Counted from the first letter of the stretch, positions 10,928-20,293 are shown. The stretch: 64,000 bases of DNA from Alphaproteobacteria bacterium (GCA_017853315.1 JAFMJW010000003.1:4537-68536), one strand, 5' to 3'. Notes: generated by a model not told the origin, from the letters alone. Made by a program: numbers and translations.

Positions 10928-12165
10928 CGGCGCTCCCGCCGCGGGGGCGGTCGGCGGCCGCGATCCTCGACGACCTCGATCGTCTCTCGCGCGACGACGT
11001 CGACTGGCGGTCGGGCCGCGCCTTCAGCCTCGCCTACCACGCGGGCCCGGACGTCGAGGCGCTCGCGGAGCTCGCGCACGCGCGCTTCGCCGGCTCGAAC
11101 ATGCTGAACGTGGCCGCCTTCCCGAGCCTGCGCGCGATGCAGGCGGACGTGCTCGCGATGGTCGGGGACCTCCTGCACGCGGGGCCGGCCGCTGCCGGCT
11201 CGATCACCTCGGGCGGCACCGAGAGCCTGCTCCTCGCGGTGAAGGCGGCCCGCGGGCTCGCGCGCGCCGAGCGCGGCGTCGAGCGCCCCCGCATGGTCCT
11301 GCCCACGACCGCGCACGCGGCCTTCGAGAAGGCCGCTGCCGACTACGGCGTCGAGAGCGTGCGCGTCCCGGTCGGTCCCGACTTCCGCGCGGTGCCCGCG
11401 GCGATCGAGGCCGCGATCGACGACGACACGGTGCTGGTCGCGTGCTCCGCGCCGTCCTACCCGCAGGGGGTGGTCGACCCGGTCGCGGAGATCGCGGCAG
11501 TCGCCGCGTCGCGCGGGCTGCCGTGTCACGTGGACGCGTGCATGGGCGGGCTCGTGCTGCCGATGCTCGAGCGGGCGGGCGAGCCCGTGACGCCGTTCGA
11601 CTTCCGGGTGCCGGGGGTGACGTCGATGTCGGTCGACCTCCACAAGTACGGATACGCGCCGAAGGGCGTTTCGGTCCTGCTGCACCGCGACAAGCGCCGC
11701 CGCAGCTTCCAGGCGTTCTCGACCGACAACTGGCTCGGCGGCTTCTACGGCAGCCTGGGCGTGCTCGGCACCCGCGGCGGCGGCCCGCTCGCGGCGGCGT
11801 GGGCGGTGATGAACCGGCTCGGAGCCGAGGGCTACCTCGGGCTCGCGAGCGAGGCTCGCGCCGCCACGCTCGAGCTCGCCGGGGCGCTCCGGGAGCGGCG
11901 CGGCGTGCGGCTGCTCGCGCCGCCCGACGCGACGCTGCTCGCGTTCGGGTTCGACGACGCCGACGCGTTCGCCGTCGGGGCCGCGCTCGCCCGACGCGGC
12001 TTCTGGGTCGACCAGCAGTCTCCGCCGCCGAGCCTCCACTGCACGGTCAACGCCGTCCACCGAGGAGTGATCTGCGATTTCCTCGCAGCTCTCGACGAGG
12101 CGCACGAGGAGGTGCGACGGAGCGGCAGCCGGGCGGAGGCGAAGGCCTATGGCCGCGCCGAGTGA
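10924..12165 (+). CDS. PLP-dependent group II decarboxylase-fold enzyme of the sphingosine-1-phosphate lyase (SPL) subfamily; function unknown
   Basis: GTG at 10924 overlaps the oxidoreductase stop (GTGA). Key motifs are SITSGGTESLLLAVKAARG and the PLP-lysine segment VDLHKYGYAPKGVSVLLHRD, matching the SPL/Dpl1 hallmark HKYG[FY]APKG. Its 3' end overlaps the lpxB start. Confidence 0.8.
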   Translation: MTALPPRGRSAAAILDDLDRLSRDDVDWRSGRAFSLAYHAGPDVEALAELAHARFAGSNMLNVAAFPSLRAMQADVLAMVGDLLHAGPAAAGSITSGGTESLLLAVKAARGLARAERGVERPRMVLPTTAHAAFEKAAADYGVESVRVPVGPDFRAVPAAIEAAIDDDTVLVACSAPSYPQGVVDPVAEIAAVAASRGLPCHVDACMGGLVLPMLERAGEPVTPFDFRVPGVTSMSVDLHKYGYAPKGVSVLLHRDKRRRSFQAFSTDNWLGGFYGSLGVLGTRGGGPLAAAWAVMNRLGAEGYLGLASEARAATLELAGALRERRGVRLLAPPDATLLAFGFDDADAFAVGAALARRGFWVDQQSPPPSLHCTVNAVHRGVICDFLAALDEAHEEVRRSGSRAEAKAYGRAE

Positions 12166-13327
12166 CGTCTCGCACGGGCGCGCGCCGACGGTCCTCGTCG
12201 TCGCGGGCGAGGCGTCGGGCGACCTCCGCGGCGCGGAACTGGTCGCGGAGCTGCGTGCGCTCGTGCCCGGGCTGCGGGTGACCGGCGTCGGCGGCGAGCG
12301 CCTGCGCGCGCAGGGACAGGAGGCGATCGTCGACGCGGAGGAGATCTCGACGATGGGCCTGACCGAGGTCTTCTCGAGCGTCGGCCGCATCCTCGGGGCC
12401 TTCCGGCGGGTGCGCGACGCGATCGAGGGGCCGGCGGGCGAGCGCCCGGACCTCGTCGTGCTGATCGACCTGCCGGACTTCAACCTGCGACTCGCCCCGG
12501 TCGCGAAGCGGGCCGGGGTGCCCGTCCTCTACTACGTGAGCCCGCAGGTCTGGGCCTGGCGTCGCTGGCGGGTCCGGCAGCTCGCGCGCAACGTCGACCG
12601 CCTCGCGGTCGTCTTCCCGTTCGAGGAGGAGATCTACCGCGGGCTCGCGGACGTGACCTTCGTCGGCCATCCCGCGCTCGACACCGTGCGACCCTCGCGG
12701 CCGGCGGCCGAGACCCGCGCCCGTCACGGGCTCGACCCGGAGCGCCCGCTGGTGGCGCTGCTCCCCGGCAGCCGCGTCGCCGAGGTGCGCTCGCTCCTGC
12801 CCGAGATGGCCCGCGCGATCGACGTCCTGCGGGCCGACGTCCCGGTCGACGCGGTGGTCGCGCTCGCCAACGAGGGCCTGCGCCCGCTGGTCTCGCCGTT
12901 CGTCGGCCGCATGCCGGTCGTGACCGGCGAGACCTGGGACCTGGTCGCCGCTTCGGACCTGGTGCTCTGCGCCTCGGGGAGCGCGACGCTGGAGACCGCG
13001 CTGCTCGAGCGCCCGATGGTCGTCTCCTACCGCCTCTCGCCGCTCACCTGGGCGGTCGCCCGCCTGCTCGTGCGGGTCCCGTTCGTCGCGATGCCCAACC
13101 TGGTCCTCGGACGGCGCGCCGTGCCGGAGCTCCTGCAGGGGGACGCGACCGCGGTCCGGATGGCGGCCGAGGCGCGCTCGATCCTGCTCGAGCCCGGTCG
13201 CGCGGAGGCGATGCGGGCCGACCTCGCGACCGTGCGCGCGCGCCTCGGCGAGGGCGGCGCGGCCCGGCGTGCGGCCGTGATCGCGGCCGACATGCTGCGC
13301 GGGCGCGACCGGACCTCCGCGTCCTAG
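12149..13327 (+). CDS. lpxB: Lipid-A-disaccharide synthase
   Basis: 392 aa with N-terminal VLVVAGEASGDLRGAELV and an LpxB-like GT-B fold (PDFNLRLAPVAKRAGVPVLYYVSPQVWAWR). Confidence 0.9.
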   Translation: MAAPSDVSHGRAPTVLVVAGEASGDLRGAELVAELRALVPGLRVTGVGGERLRAQGQEAIVDAEEISTMGLTEVFSSVGRILGAFRRVRDAIEGPAGERPDLVVLIDLPDFNLRLAPVAKRAGVPVLYYVSPQVWAWRRWRVRQLARNVDRLAVVFPFEEEIYRGLADVTFVGHPALDTVRPSRPAAETRARHGLDPERPLVALLPGSRVAEVRSLLPEMARAIDVLRADVPVDAVVALANEGLRPLVSPFVGRMPVVTGETWDLVAASDLVLCASGSATLETALLERPMVVSYRLSPLTWAVARLLVRVPFVAMPNLVLGRRAVPELLQGDATAVRMAAEARSILLEPGRAEAMRADLATVRARLGEGGAARRAAVIAADMLRGRDRTSAS

Positions 13328-13412
13328 GTCGTCGCGCAGGCGCTCGGCGATCGAGCCCGCGAGGTCGCGTGGTTTGTCCGCCGCGGCGCTCTTCGCTACC
13401 CGACGGAGAGGC

Positions 13413-15260
13413 ATGGCGTCCACGGGGGTCTACCGCAGGCTGCTCGGCTACATGCGCCCCTACGTCTGGCCGCGCTTCGTGGCCGCGGTCGCCTGCATGC
13501 TGCTGTTCAGCGCGACGAACGGCATCCTGCCGTTTCTCGTCGAGCGGGTGTTCGACGACGTCTTCGCCCGCCACGACCTGGGCATGCTCGCGTGGCTCCC
13601 GGCCGGCGTGATCCTCCTGTTCGGGGTCCGCGCGCTCACGAACTACGGCAACAACTACCTGATGGAGTGGGTGGCCCAGAAGGTCGTGACCGACATCCGC
13701 GACGACGTGAACGCGCGGGTGCAGGAGCTGCCGCTCTCGTTCTTCAACCGCACTCCCACCGCGGCGATCGTCTCGCGGGTCTCGAGCGACGTCTACCAGC
13801 TGCGCAGCTCGCTCGTGGACGCGACCATCTCGATCGTCCGCGACTCGACCTCGCTGGTCGTGCTGCTGGTCTACGCGTTCTGGAAGGACACGGTCCTCGC
13901 GCTGATCGCGTTCGTCGCGTTTCCCCTGGTCGTGGCGCCGGTGCTCTCGCTGTCGCGAAAGCTCCGGAAGTTCTCGCGCAGCGGCCAGAACCAGCTCGGC
14001 GCCCTGACGGCGCTCCTGCAGGAGACGGTGCAGGGCAACCGGATCGTGAAGGCCTTCGGCATGGAGGCCTACGAGCGTGCCCGCTTCGACGCCGAGAGCG
14101 ACCGGCTGTTCCGCCTGCACATGAAAGCCTCGCAGGCGAAGGCGCTGATCCAGCCGCTCATGGAACTGATCGGCGCGATCGGGATCGCCGGCGTCGTCTG
14201 GTACGGCGGCTACAGCGTGATCGTCGGCGGGCGCACGCAGGGAGCGTTCTTCGCCTTCATGGCGACGCTGCTCCTGGTCTACGATCCGTTCAAGGGGCTC
14301 GCGAAGACGAACAGCGCGCTCCAGCAGGGGCTCGCCTCGGCGGAGCGGATCTTCGAGCTGCTCGACGAGCCGACGGAGATCGAGGACCGCCCCGGCGCGG
14401 TCGAGATCCCGCCGCTCGCCGACGCGATCCGCTTCGAGGGCGTCGACTTCCGCTACCCGGCCCGCGTCGGCGAGGACGGGCCCGCCGCCGCCTCGCCGCA
14501 GGCGGCCGGCCCCGAGGCGGACGCGCCCCGGGCCGGGGACGGGTTCGCGCTGCGCGGGATCGACCTCGAGCTGCGCCGGGGCGAGGTCGTGGCGCTGGTC
14601 GGCTCGAGCGGCGGGGGCAAATCGACGATCGCGGACATGATCCCGCGCTTCTGGGACCCGACCGAGGGCAGGATCACGATCGACGGCGTCGATCTCCGCG
14701 ACGCGACGCTCGCCTCGCTGCGCAGGCAGATCGGGATCGTCACCCAGTTCACCTTCCTCTTCAACGACACCGTCGGCGCCAACATCTCCTACGGGAACCC
14801 GGCGACGGACCGCGCCGAGGTGGAGGCGGCGGCGCGCGCGGCGCACGCGCACGAGTTCATCGTCGAGCTCCCGCGCGGCTACGACACGGTGGTCGGCGAG
14901 CTCGGCGTCACCCTCTCCGGCGGCCAGCGCCAGCGGCTCGCGATCGCGCGCGCGCTGCTCAAGAACGCCCCGATCCTGATCCTCGACGAGGCGACCTCGG
15001 CGCTGGACTCCGAGTCCGAGCGCCTGGTGCAGGATGCGATCGACCGGCTCATGGAGGGGCGCACCGTGCTGGTGATCGCCCACCGTCTCGCGACCATCCG
15101 GCGCGCCGACCGCATCGCGGTCGTGGTCGGCGGTCGCATCGTCGACGAGGGCAGCCACGAGGATCTGTATCGCCGCGGGGGCGTCTACCGGCGGCTGTGC
15201 GACCAGCAGATGTCGCCCGGCGCGGAGGCGACGCCGGTGGGGGAAGCCCTGCCGTCATGA
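13413..15260 (+). CDS. msbA: Lipid A export ABC transporter (fused TMD-NBD) MsbA
   Basis: Six-helix TMD followed by an NBD with Walker A GSSGGGKST, signature LSGGQRQRLAIARA, and Walker B ILILDEATSALD. The ATG at 13413 is preceded by GGAGAG; the ORF track also allows an upstream TTG at 13374. Confidence 0.9.
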   Translation: MASTGVYRRLLGYMRPYVWPRFVAAVACMLLFSATNGILPFLVERVFDDVFARHDLGMLAWLPAGVILLFGVRALTNYGNNYLMEWVAQKVVTDIRDDVNARVQELPLSFFNRTPTAAIVSRVSSDVYQLRSSLVDATISIVRDSTSLVVLLVYAFWKDTVLALIAFVAFPLVVAPVLSLSRKLRKFSRSGQNQLGALTALLQETVQGNRIVKAFGMEAYERARFDAESDRLFRLHMKASQAKALIQPLMELIGAIGIAGVVWYGGYSVIVGGRTQGAFFAFMATLLLVYDPFKGLAKTNSALQQGLASAERIFELLDEPTEIEDRPGAVEIPPLADAIRFEGVDFRYPARVGEDGPAAASPQAAGPEADAPRAGDGFALRGIDLELRRGEVVALVGSSGGGKSTIADMIPRFWDPTEGRITIDGVDLRDATLASLRRQIGIVTQFTFLFNDTVGANISYGNPATDRAEVEAAARAAHAHEFIVELPRGYDTVVGELGVTLSGGQRQRLAIARALLKNAPILILDEATSALDSESERLVQDAIDRLMEGRTVLVIAHRLATIRRADRIAVVVGGRIVDEGSHEDLYRRGGVYRRLCDQQMSPGAEATPVGEALPS

Positions 15261-16027
15261 GCGGCGAGCGCGGCATCGGGCCGGGCGGGCGCTCGCGCCG
15301 GCCGGGCCTGCGGCGCCTGCGGGACGGGGAGTTCGCGCTCGCGGCCGGGGGCTTCGCCATCTGGGCCGCGCTCCGCCTGCTGGGTGCGACCACGCGCCGC
15401 CGGTTCGTCGACCGCGGGGGGCTGCTGGAGCGCTTCGCGAGCGGCGAGCCGGCCGTCCTCTGCTTCTGGCACGGCCGCATGGTCATGATGCCGTTTGCCT
15501 ACTTCGGTCGGGGCGCCTGCATCATGAACAGCGCCCACCGCGACGGCGAGCTCATCAGCCGCGCGATCCGCCGCATGGGCATCGAGACCGTGCGCGGATC
15601 CTCGACGCGCGGCTGGGTGGGCGGCATGAAGGGACTGCTCGCCGCGCACCGGCGCGGCCGCGACGTGATCGTCGTGCCCGACGGCCCCCGCGGGCCGAGG
15701 TGCCGCGCGAAGACCGGGGCGCTGCAGCTCGCGCGCGCGACCGGCGCCCCGATCTGGCCGGTCTCCTACGCAGCCGACCGGGCGAAGGTGGTCTCGCGCA
15801 GCTGGGACCGCATGCTCCTGCCGCTGCCGTTCGCGCGCGTCGCCTACGTGTCGGGGCCGCCGATCGAGGTGCCGCGCGACGCGGGGCCGGAGGAGGTCGA
15901 GGCCTTGCGGCTCGAACTCGAGGCGCGGCTCGACGAGGCGACGCGCGAGGCCGGCCGGATCGTCGGCGCGGATCCGCGGGAGACCGAGGCGTTCCTGCGC
16001 GGGGTTGCGGGCACGGCGGAATCGTGA
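15257..16027 (+). CDS. DUF374-domain protein (lysophospholipid acyltransferase-like), commonly associated with kdtA
   Basis: The ATG at 15257 overlaps the msbA stop (ATGA). The 256-aa protein carries the conserved FWHGRMVMMPF...HRDGELISRAIRRMGIETVRGSS...VVPDGPRGP block typical of DUF374. Confidence 0.75.
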   Translation: MSGERGIGPGGRSRRPGLRRLRDGEFALAAGGFAIWAALRLLGATTRRRFVDRGGLLERFASGEPAVLCFWHGRMVMMPFAYFGRGACIMNSAHRDGELISRAIRRMGIETVRGSSTRGWVGGMKGLLAAHRRGRDVIVVPDGPRGPRCRAKTGALQLARATGAPIWPVSYAADRAKVVSRSWDRMLLPLPFARVAYVSGPPIEVPRDAGPEEVEALRLELEARLDEATREAGRIVGADPRETEAFLRGVAGTAES

Positions 16028-16097
16028 AAATCGCGAGTTCCGTCCCGGGCGTGCGCTCCGGCGCGCCTGGGCCCTCGCGCTCCGGGGAGGAAGGATC

Positions 16098-16640
16098 ATG
16101 AGGAGGTTCGTGGGTCGGCTCGCATGCGCGGTTCTCGCCGCGCTCGCCGTGTCGAGCGGTCCGGTCGCCCGGGCGGCCGCGGCCGACGGGCTGTCCGTCG
16201 CGATCGAGCCGCCGTCGCCGGAGTACGAGGCCGAGCGGGCCCGCCGCGACGATCGCGCCGCGAAGGCGGGGGGGAAGACCGCGGCCACGTCGCCCGCGGC
16301 GAAGGTCGAGGACCTGCAGCGGACCTTCGCGTCGTTCTGCACGGGCTGGGCCGGGAAGCTGCGCCAGCGGCAGACGGACAACCTCGCGCAGGCGAAGTGG
16401 CAGACCGGGGGCGACGGATCGGTCTACGCCGAGTACGTCGGCTACGACACCGACCACCTGGGTCCGCAGACGGTCACCCACCCGGACACGAACCCGATCG
16501 GCAAGATGGTGTACGTCGAGCAGAGGCTGCGGCGCTCGGGTCGCTCGAAGGAGGAGGCGCTCGCCGCGCAGCCTTCGATCGTCGACCAGGTCGAGGTGAC
16601 CGAGATCTTCCGCTACGACGGGCGGGGTTGGGTCTACTGA
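16098..16640 (+). CDS. Hypothetical secreted protein
   Basis: Internal ATG at 16098 preceded by GGAGGAAGGA. The signal peptide is MRRFVGRLACAVLAALAVSSGPVARAAAA. I do not recognise a family. Confidence 0.5.
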   Translation: MRRFVGRLACAVLAALAVSSGPVARAAAADGLSVAIEPPSPEYEAERARRDDRAAKAGGKTAATSPAAKVEDLQRTFASFCTGWAGKLRQRQTDNLAQAKWQTGGDGSVYAEYVGYDTDHLGPQTVTHPDTNPIGKMVYVEQRLRRSGRSKEEALAAQPSIVDQVEVTEIFRYDGRGWVY

Positions 16641-17938
16641 GCCGTCCGCGCACGCGCCGCCTCCCGTCGCTACGCGCGTACAACGCGCTGCTGGTCGCCG
16701 CCGGCGCGGCGGCGGCTCCGGCCGCGGGCGTGCTCGCCCTCGCCAGGCCCGGCTGGCGGCGGGGACTCGGCGATCGCCTGGGCCGCGGCTGGCGTCGGCC
16801 GGCCGGGCATCCCGTCCTCTGGGCGCACGCGGCCTCGGTCGGCGAGGTCGAGGGCCTGGTTCCGCTGGTCGAGCGGTGGCGCGAGCGGCACCCGCGCGGA
16901 GGCGTGGTCGCCTCCTCGCTCACCGCCACCGGGGCCGACGCGGCGAGGCGCAGGCTGCCGGGCGTCGACGTGCGGGTGCTGCCGCTCGACGTGCCCTGGC
17001 TGGTCCGCTCGGTCGTGCGCCGCGTCGCGCCGGACCTCTTCCTGTTCAGCGAGAACGAGATCTGGCCGAACCTGCTGCGGGAACTCGCGCGACGAGGCTG
17101 CCCGACGGTCCAGGTGAGTGGGCGGATGTCGGAGCGCGCCTCGCGCACGCTGGGCCGCTTTCCTCGCTTCGCGGCCGACCTGCTGGGCTGCGTGTCCCTG
17201 TTCTGCGTCCAGGGGGAGGACCACCGCCGGAGGCTCCTCTCCCTGGGCGTCCGCGAGGACCGGGTGGTCGTCACGGGTTCGCTGAAGGGCGACGGCGTCG
17301 CCGCCGAGCCGCCGTGGTTCGTGCCGACGCTGCGCGACGCGGGACGGCCGGTGTTCGTCGCGGGCGCGACGCGGCCGGGCGAGGAGTCGGTGATCTTGGA
17401 CGCATGTTCGTCCCTCGCGCCGGGTGCGCCGCTGCTCGTGCTCGCTCCGCGTCACCCGGAGCGGTTCGACGAGGTGGCGCGACTCGCGGCCGGTCGCGGG
17501 CTGCGCGTCCTGCGGCGCAGCGCGCTGCGCGAGCCCGAGTCCTTCGACCCGGCCGCAGTCGACGTCTTCCTGCTCGACTCCCTGGGCGAGCTCGCGGGCG
17601 TGTACGCCGCGGCGGACGTCGCCTTCGTCGGAGGGACCCTCGTCCCGGTCGGCGGCCACAACCTGCTCGAAGCCGCGCGGGCAGGCGTGCCGGTGGTGGT
17701 GGGCCCGCACCGCGAGAAGGTCCTCGCGTTCTCGGACGCGCTCGTCGCGGCCGGCGCGGGCGCGGTCGTGCCCGACGCGGACGGGCTCGCCGACGCGCTG
17801 CGACGTTTCCTCGCACCGGGGGCGGGACGTCTCGCGGGAGAGGCGGCGCGAACTCTCGCCGCGCGCGAGTCCGGCGGACTCGAGGCGACGTGGCGGGCGA
17901 TCGAGTCGCTCGAGGCTTCGCGCGTGGGCGAGGCCTGA
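16628..17938 (+). CDS. waaA: 3-deoxy-D-manno-octulosonic acid (Kdo) transferase
   Basis: Lies in the 3' part of ORF 16124..17938. The KdtA N-terminal pattern is LRAYNALLVAAGAAAAPAAGVL...VLWAHAASVGEVEGLVPLVE, and the C-terminal GT-B fold includes GGTLVPVGGHNLLEAARAGVPVVVGPH. The start is uncertain. TTG at 16628 is the nearest in-frame candidate, since no ATG or GTG lies close upstream. Confidence 0.8.
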   Translation: MGLLSRPRTRRLPSLRAYNALLVAAGAAAAPAAGVLALARPGWRRGLGDRLGRGWRRPAGHPVLWAHAASVGEVEGLVPLVERWRERHPRGGVVASSLTATGADAARRRLPGVDVRVLPLDVPWLVRSVVRRVAPDLFLFSENEIWPNLLRELARRGCPTVQVSGRMSERASRTLGRFPRFAADLLGCVSLFCVQGEDHRRRLLSLGVREDRVVVTGSLKGDGVAAEPPWFVPTLRDAGRPVFVAGATRPGEESVILDACSSLAPGAPLLVLAPRHPERFDEVARLAAGRGLRVLRRSALREPESFDPAAVDVFLLDSLGELAGVYAAADVAFVGGTLVPVGGHNLLEAARAGVPVVVGPHREKVLAFSDALVAAGAGAVVPDADGLADALRRFLAPGAGRLAGEAARTLAARESGGLEATWRAIESLEASRVGEA

Positions 17939-17940
17939 GC

Positions 17941-19095
17941 ATGGAGGCCTCGCGCCGTCCGCCCTGGGAGAGGGGCGCGCTCGTCCAGGCTCTCGCGTGG
18001 CCGGTGGGGCTGGCCTTCGGCGCCGTCGCGCGGGCGCGCGGCGCCGCGTTCGACGGCGGGCTCCTGCACAGCGTCCGGCTCGACGTGCCGGTCGTGTCGA
18101 TCGGCAACCTGAGCGTCGGCGGCACGGGGAAGACCCCGGCGGCGCTCTGGCTCGGCGCGAGGCTCCGTTCGCTCGGGTGGACGCCCGCGATCGTGACCCG
18201 CGGCTACGGCGGGCAACTCGGCGGACGCGTCCTGCGCGCAGCCGCTCCCGGGGCGACGGCAGGCGAAGGGTGGGGTGACGTCGCCGCGGTGGGCGACGAG
18301 GCCGTGCTGCTCGCGGAGCGCTTCCCGGGACCGGTCGTCTGCGGCGTCGACCGGGTCGCCGCCGCGCGCCAGGCGATCGAGCGGTGGGGCGCGGATCTCG
18401 TGGTGCTCGACGACGGCTTCCAGCATCGGCGGCTCGCACGATGCTTCGACCTGGTCCTGGTCGACGGGGGAGCCGGCCTCGGCAACGGGCGGGTGCTGCC
18501 CGCGGGACCGCTGCGCGAGCCCGCTTCCGCGTTGCGCCGCGCCGACGCGATCGTCGCGACCAAGGTCGAATCGCTTCCACCCGCGCTCGAGCGCGAGCTC
18601 GGGCACCTGGCGCCGGGCGTGCCGATCTTTCATGCGGCCCTCGAGCCTCGCTGCCTGGTCGCGGCCGAAGGTCCGGCGACGATCGAGCGGCCGCTCGCGG
18701 ACGTCGCCGGGCGCGCGGTGGTCGCGGTTTCGGGGCTCGCCCGGGCCGAGTCGTTCTGGCAGGCGCTCGACCGCCTGGGCGCCCGGGTCGTCGAGGTGAT
18801 GGAGTACCCCGACCACCATGCATACTCGCACGCCGACTGGCAGCGGATCGGTCACGCCGGGAGGTCGGCCGACCTGGTGGTCTGCACCGAGAAGGACCTC
18901 GTGAAGCTGCGACGGTTCCCGTTCGCCCGCGGAGGGCTGCTCGCCGTGCGGGTCGACTTCGCGCTCGCTGCCGAGGCGGAGCGCGACCTCGTCGACCGGA
19001 TCCTCCTGCGGACCGGGTCGGGTGCACGGCTGCGCGACGAAGGCGGCCGTGTTACCCCGACGGTTCGTCGCCCCGTGCCGGACGCGGGCGTCTGA
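17941..19095 (+). CDS. lpxK: Tetraacyldisaccharide 4'-kinase
   Basis: ATG at 17941, 3 nt after the waaA stop. P-loop SIGNLSVGGTGKTP. The typical kdtA-lpxK synteny is present. Confidence 0.85.
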   Translation: MEASRRPPWERGALVQALAWPVGLAFGAVARARGAAFDGGLLHSVRLDVPVVSIGNLSVGGTGKTPAALWLGARLRSLGWTPAIVTRGYGGQLGGRVLRAAAPGATAGEGWGDVAAVGDEAVLLAERFPGPVVCGVDRVAAARQAIERWGADLVVLDDGFQHRRLARCFDLVLVDGGAGLGNGRVLPAGPLREPASALRRADAIVATKVESLPPALERELGHLAPGVPIFHAALEPRCLVAAEGPATIERPLADVAGRAVVAVSGLARAESFWQALDRLGARVVEVMEYPDHHAYSHADWQRIGHAGRSADLVVCTEKDLVKLRRFPFARGGLLAVRVDFALAAEAERDLVDRILLRTGSGARLRDEGGRVTPTVRRPVPDAGV

Positions 19096-19149
19096 GAGCG
19101 TCCGTCGCGGTCGCCGGGGCCTCCGGGGCGCGGACGGGAAGGTGGATCG

Positions 19150-20100
19150 GTGCAGGTTCTTGTCACGGGAGCGGCGGGCTTCATCGGCTCGAACGCGGTG
19201 GACGCTCTGCTCGCGCGCGGGGACCGCGTGCGCGGCGTCGACGCCTTCCTCGACTACTACCCGCGCGCGGTGAAGGAGCGGAACCTCCGCGCCGCCCGTG
19301 CGCATCCCGCCTTCGAGTTCGTCGAGGCCGACCTCGTGACCGCGGAGCTCGCTCCCCTGCTCGACGGGGTGGACGCGGTGCTCCACTTCGCGGCGCAGGC
19401 CGGCGTGCGCGCGAGCTGGGGCCGGGACTTCCGGATCTATGCCGACGTCAACGTGCTCGGAACGCAGCGGCTGCTCGAGGCCTGCACGGCGCGCCGGCCC
19501 CGCTTCGTGTACTCGTCGTCCTCGTCGATCTACGGCGACGCGCCCGACCTCCCGACGGTGGAGACGACGCTGCCGCGGCCGGTGTCTCCCTACGGGGTCA
19601 CCAAGCTCGCCGGAGAGCACCTCTGCCGCCTCTATGCGCAATCGGCAGGGGTGCCGACCGTCTCGCTGCGGTACTTCACGGTGTACGGTCCTCGCCAGCG
19701 CCCCGACATGGCCTTCCACCGGTTCGTCCGCTCGCACCTCGAGGGGCGCGCGGTGACGGTCTACGACGACGGCCTGCAGACGCGCGACTTCACCTACGTG
19801 GGGGACGCGGTCGCGGCGAACCTGCTCGCGATCGAACGCGGCTCCGCGGGTTCGGTCTACAACGTCGGCGGGGGATCGCGGGTGAGCGTGAACGACGTCC
19901 TCGGGATGATCGGCGAGCTCACCGGGCGTCCCGTCGAGGTCCGTCGCGAGGAGCGGCAGCGGGGCGACGTGCGCGACACGCACGCCTCGACCGAGCTGGC
20001 CCGGGCCGAGCTCGGATGGCGTCCCGCGACGGCGCTCCGCGAGGGGCTCGCCGCCGAAATCGAGTGGCTTCGCGGCGAGATCGCCGCGGCCCGTGCCTGA
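19150..20100 (+). CDS. NAD-dependent epimerase/dehydratase family protein (a UDP-sugar 4-epimerase or HldD-like nucleotide-sugar epimerase)
   Basis: 316 aa. Rossmann motif VLVTGAAGFIGSNAVDALL and catalytic YGVTK (YxxxK). The protein sits in the LPS core cluster. I cannot determine its substrate specificity by eye. Confidence 0.85.
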   Translation: MQVLVTGAAGFIGSNAVDALLARGDRVRGVDAFLDYYPRAVKERNLRAARAHPAFEFVEADLVTAELAPLLDGVDAVLHFAAQAGVRASWGRDFRIYADVNVLGTQRLLEACTARRPRFVYSSSSSIYGDAPDLPTVETTLPRPVSPYGVTKLAGEHLCRLYAQSAGVPTVSLRYFTVYGPRQRPDMAFHRFVRSHLEGRAVTVYDDGLQTRDFTYVGDAVAANLLAIERGSAGSVYNVGGGSRVSVNDVLGMIGELTGRPVEVRREERQRGDVRDTHASTELARAELGWRPATALREGLAAEIEWLRGEIAAARA

Positions 20101-20110
20101 GGAGGAATCC

Positions 20111-20293
20111 ATGGCCATCGACCCCGAGCTGCTCGAAATCCTCCGCTGCCCGAAGTGCCAGGAGGAGAAGCGGGAAGGGCGCCTCGTGCTCGCTCCCGCG
20201 GGGGACTCTCTCGAATGCGGCGCGTGCCGACTTCGCTACCGGGTCTCCGAGGGCATCCCGGAGATGGTCGTCGACGAGGCGACGCCGTTCTGA
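20111..20293 (+). CDS. Trm112-family small zinc-ribbon protein (YcaR-like)
   Basis: 60 aa. The ATG at 20111 is preceded by GAGGAGG. It has CxxC...CxxC (CPKCQ...CGAC) and the motif LRCPKC...L.C..C...Y.V.EGIP.M. In E. coli, ycaR lies in the lpxK-ycaR-kdsB operon. Confidence 0.7.
   Translation: MAIDPELLEILRCPKCQEEKREGRLVLAPAGDSLECGACRLRYRVSEGIPEMVVDEATPF

Noticed and set aside
16005-16097. Upstream extension of the secreted hypothetical protein (ORF 16005..16640), and ORF 16124..16627 upstream of waaA
   Set aside because: No RBS is present, and this part overlaps the end of the DUF374 gene. The internal ATG at 16098 has a strong RBS and immediately precedes a signal peptide.
16670-20118. Minus-strand ORFs 16670..19027 (785 aa), 17452..20118 (888 aa), 19919..21844 and 20236..22275
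   Set aside because: They are opposite waaA, lpxK, the epimerase and the heptosyltransferase. They are Arg/Pro/Ala-rich with no motifs. The + strand genes explain the region.
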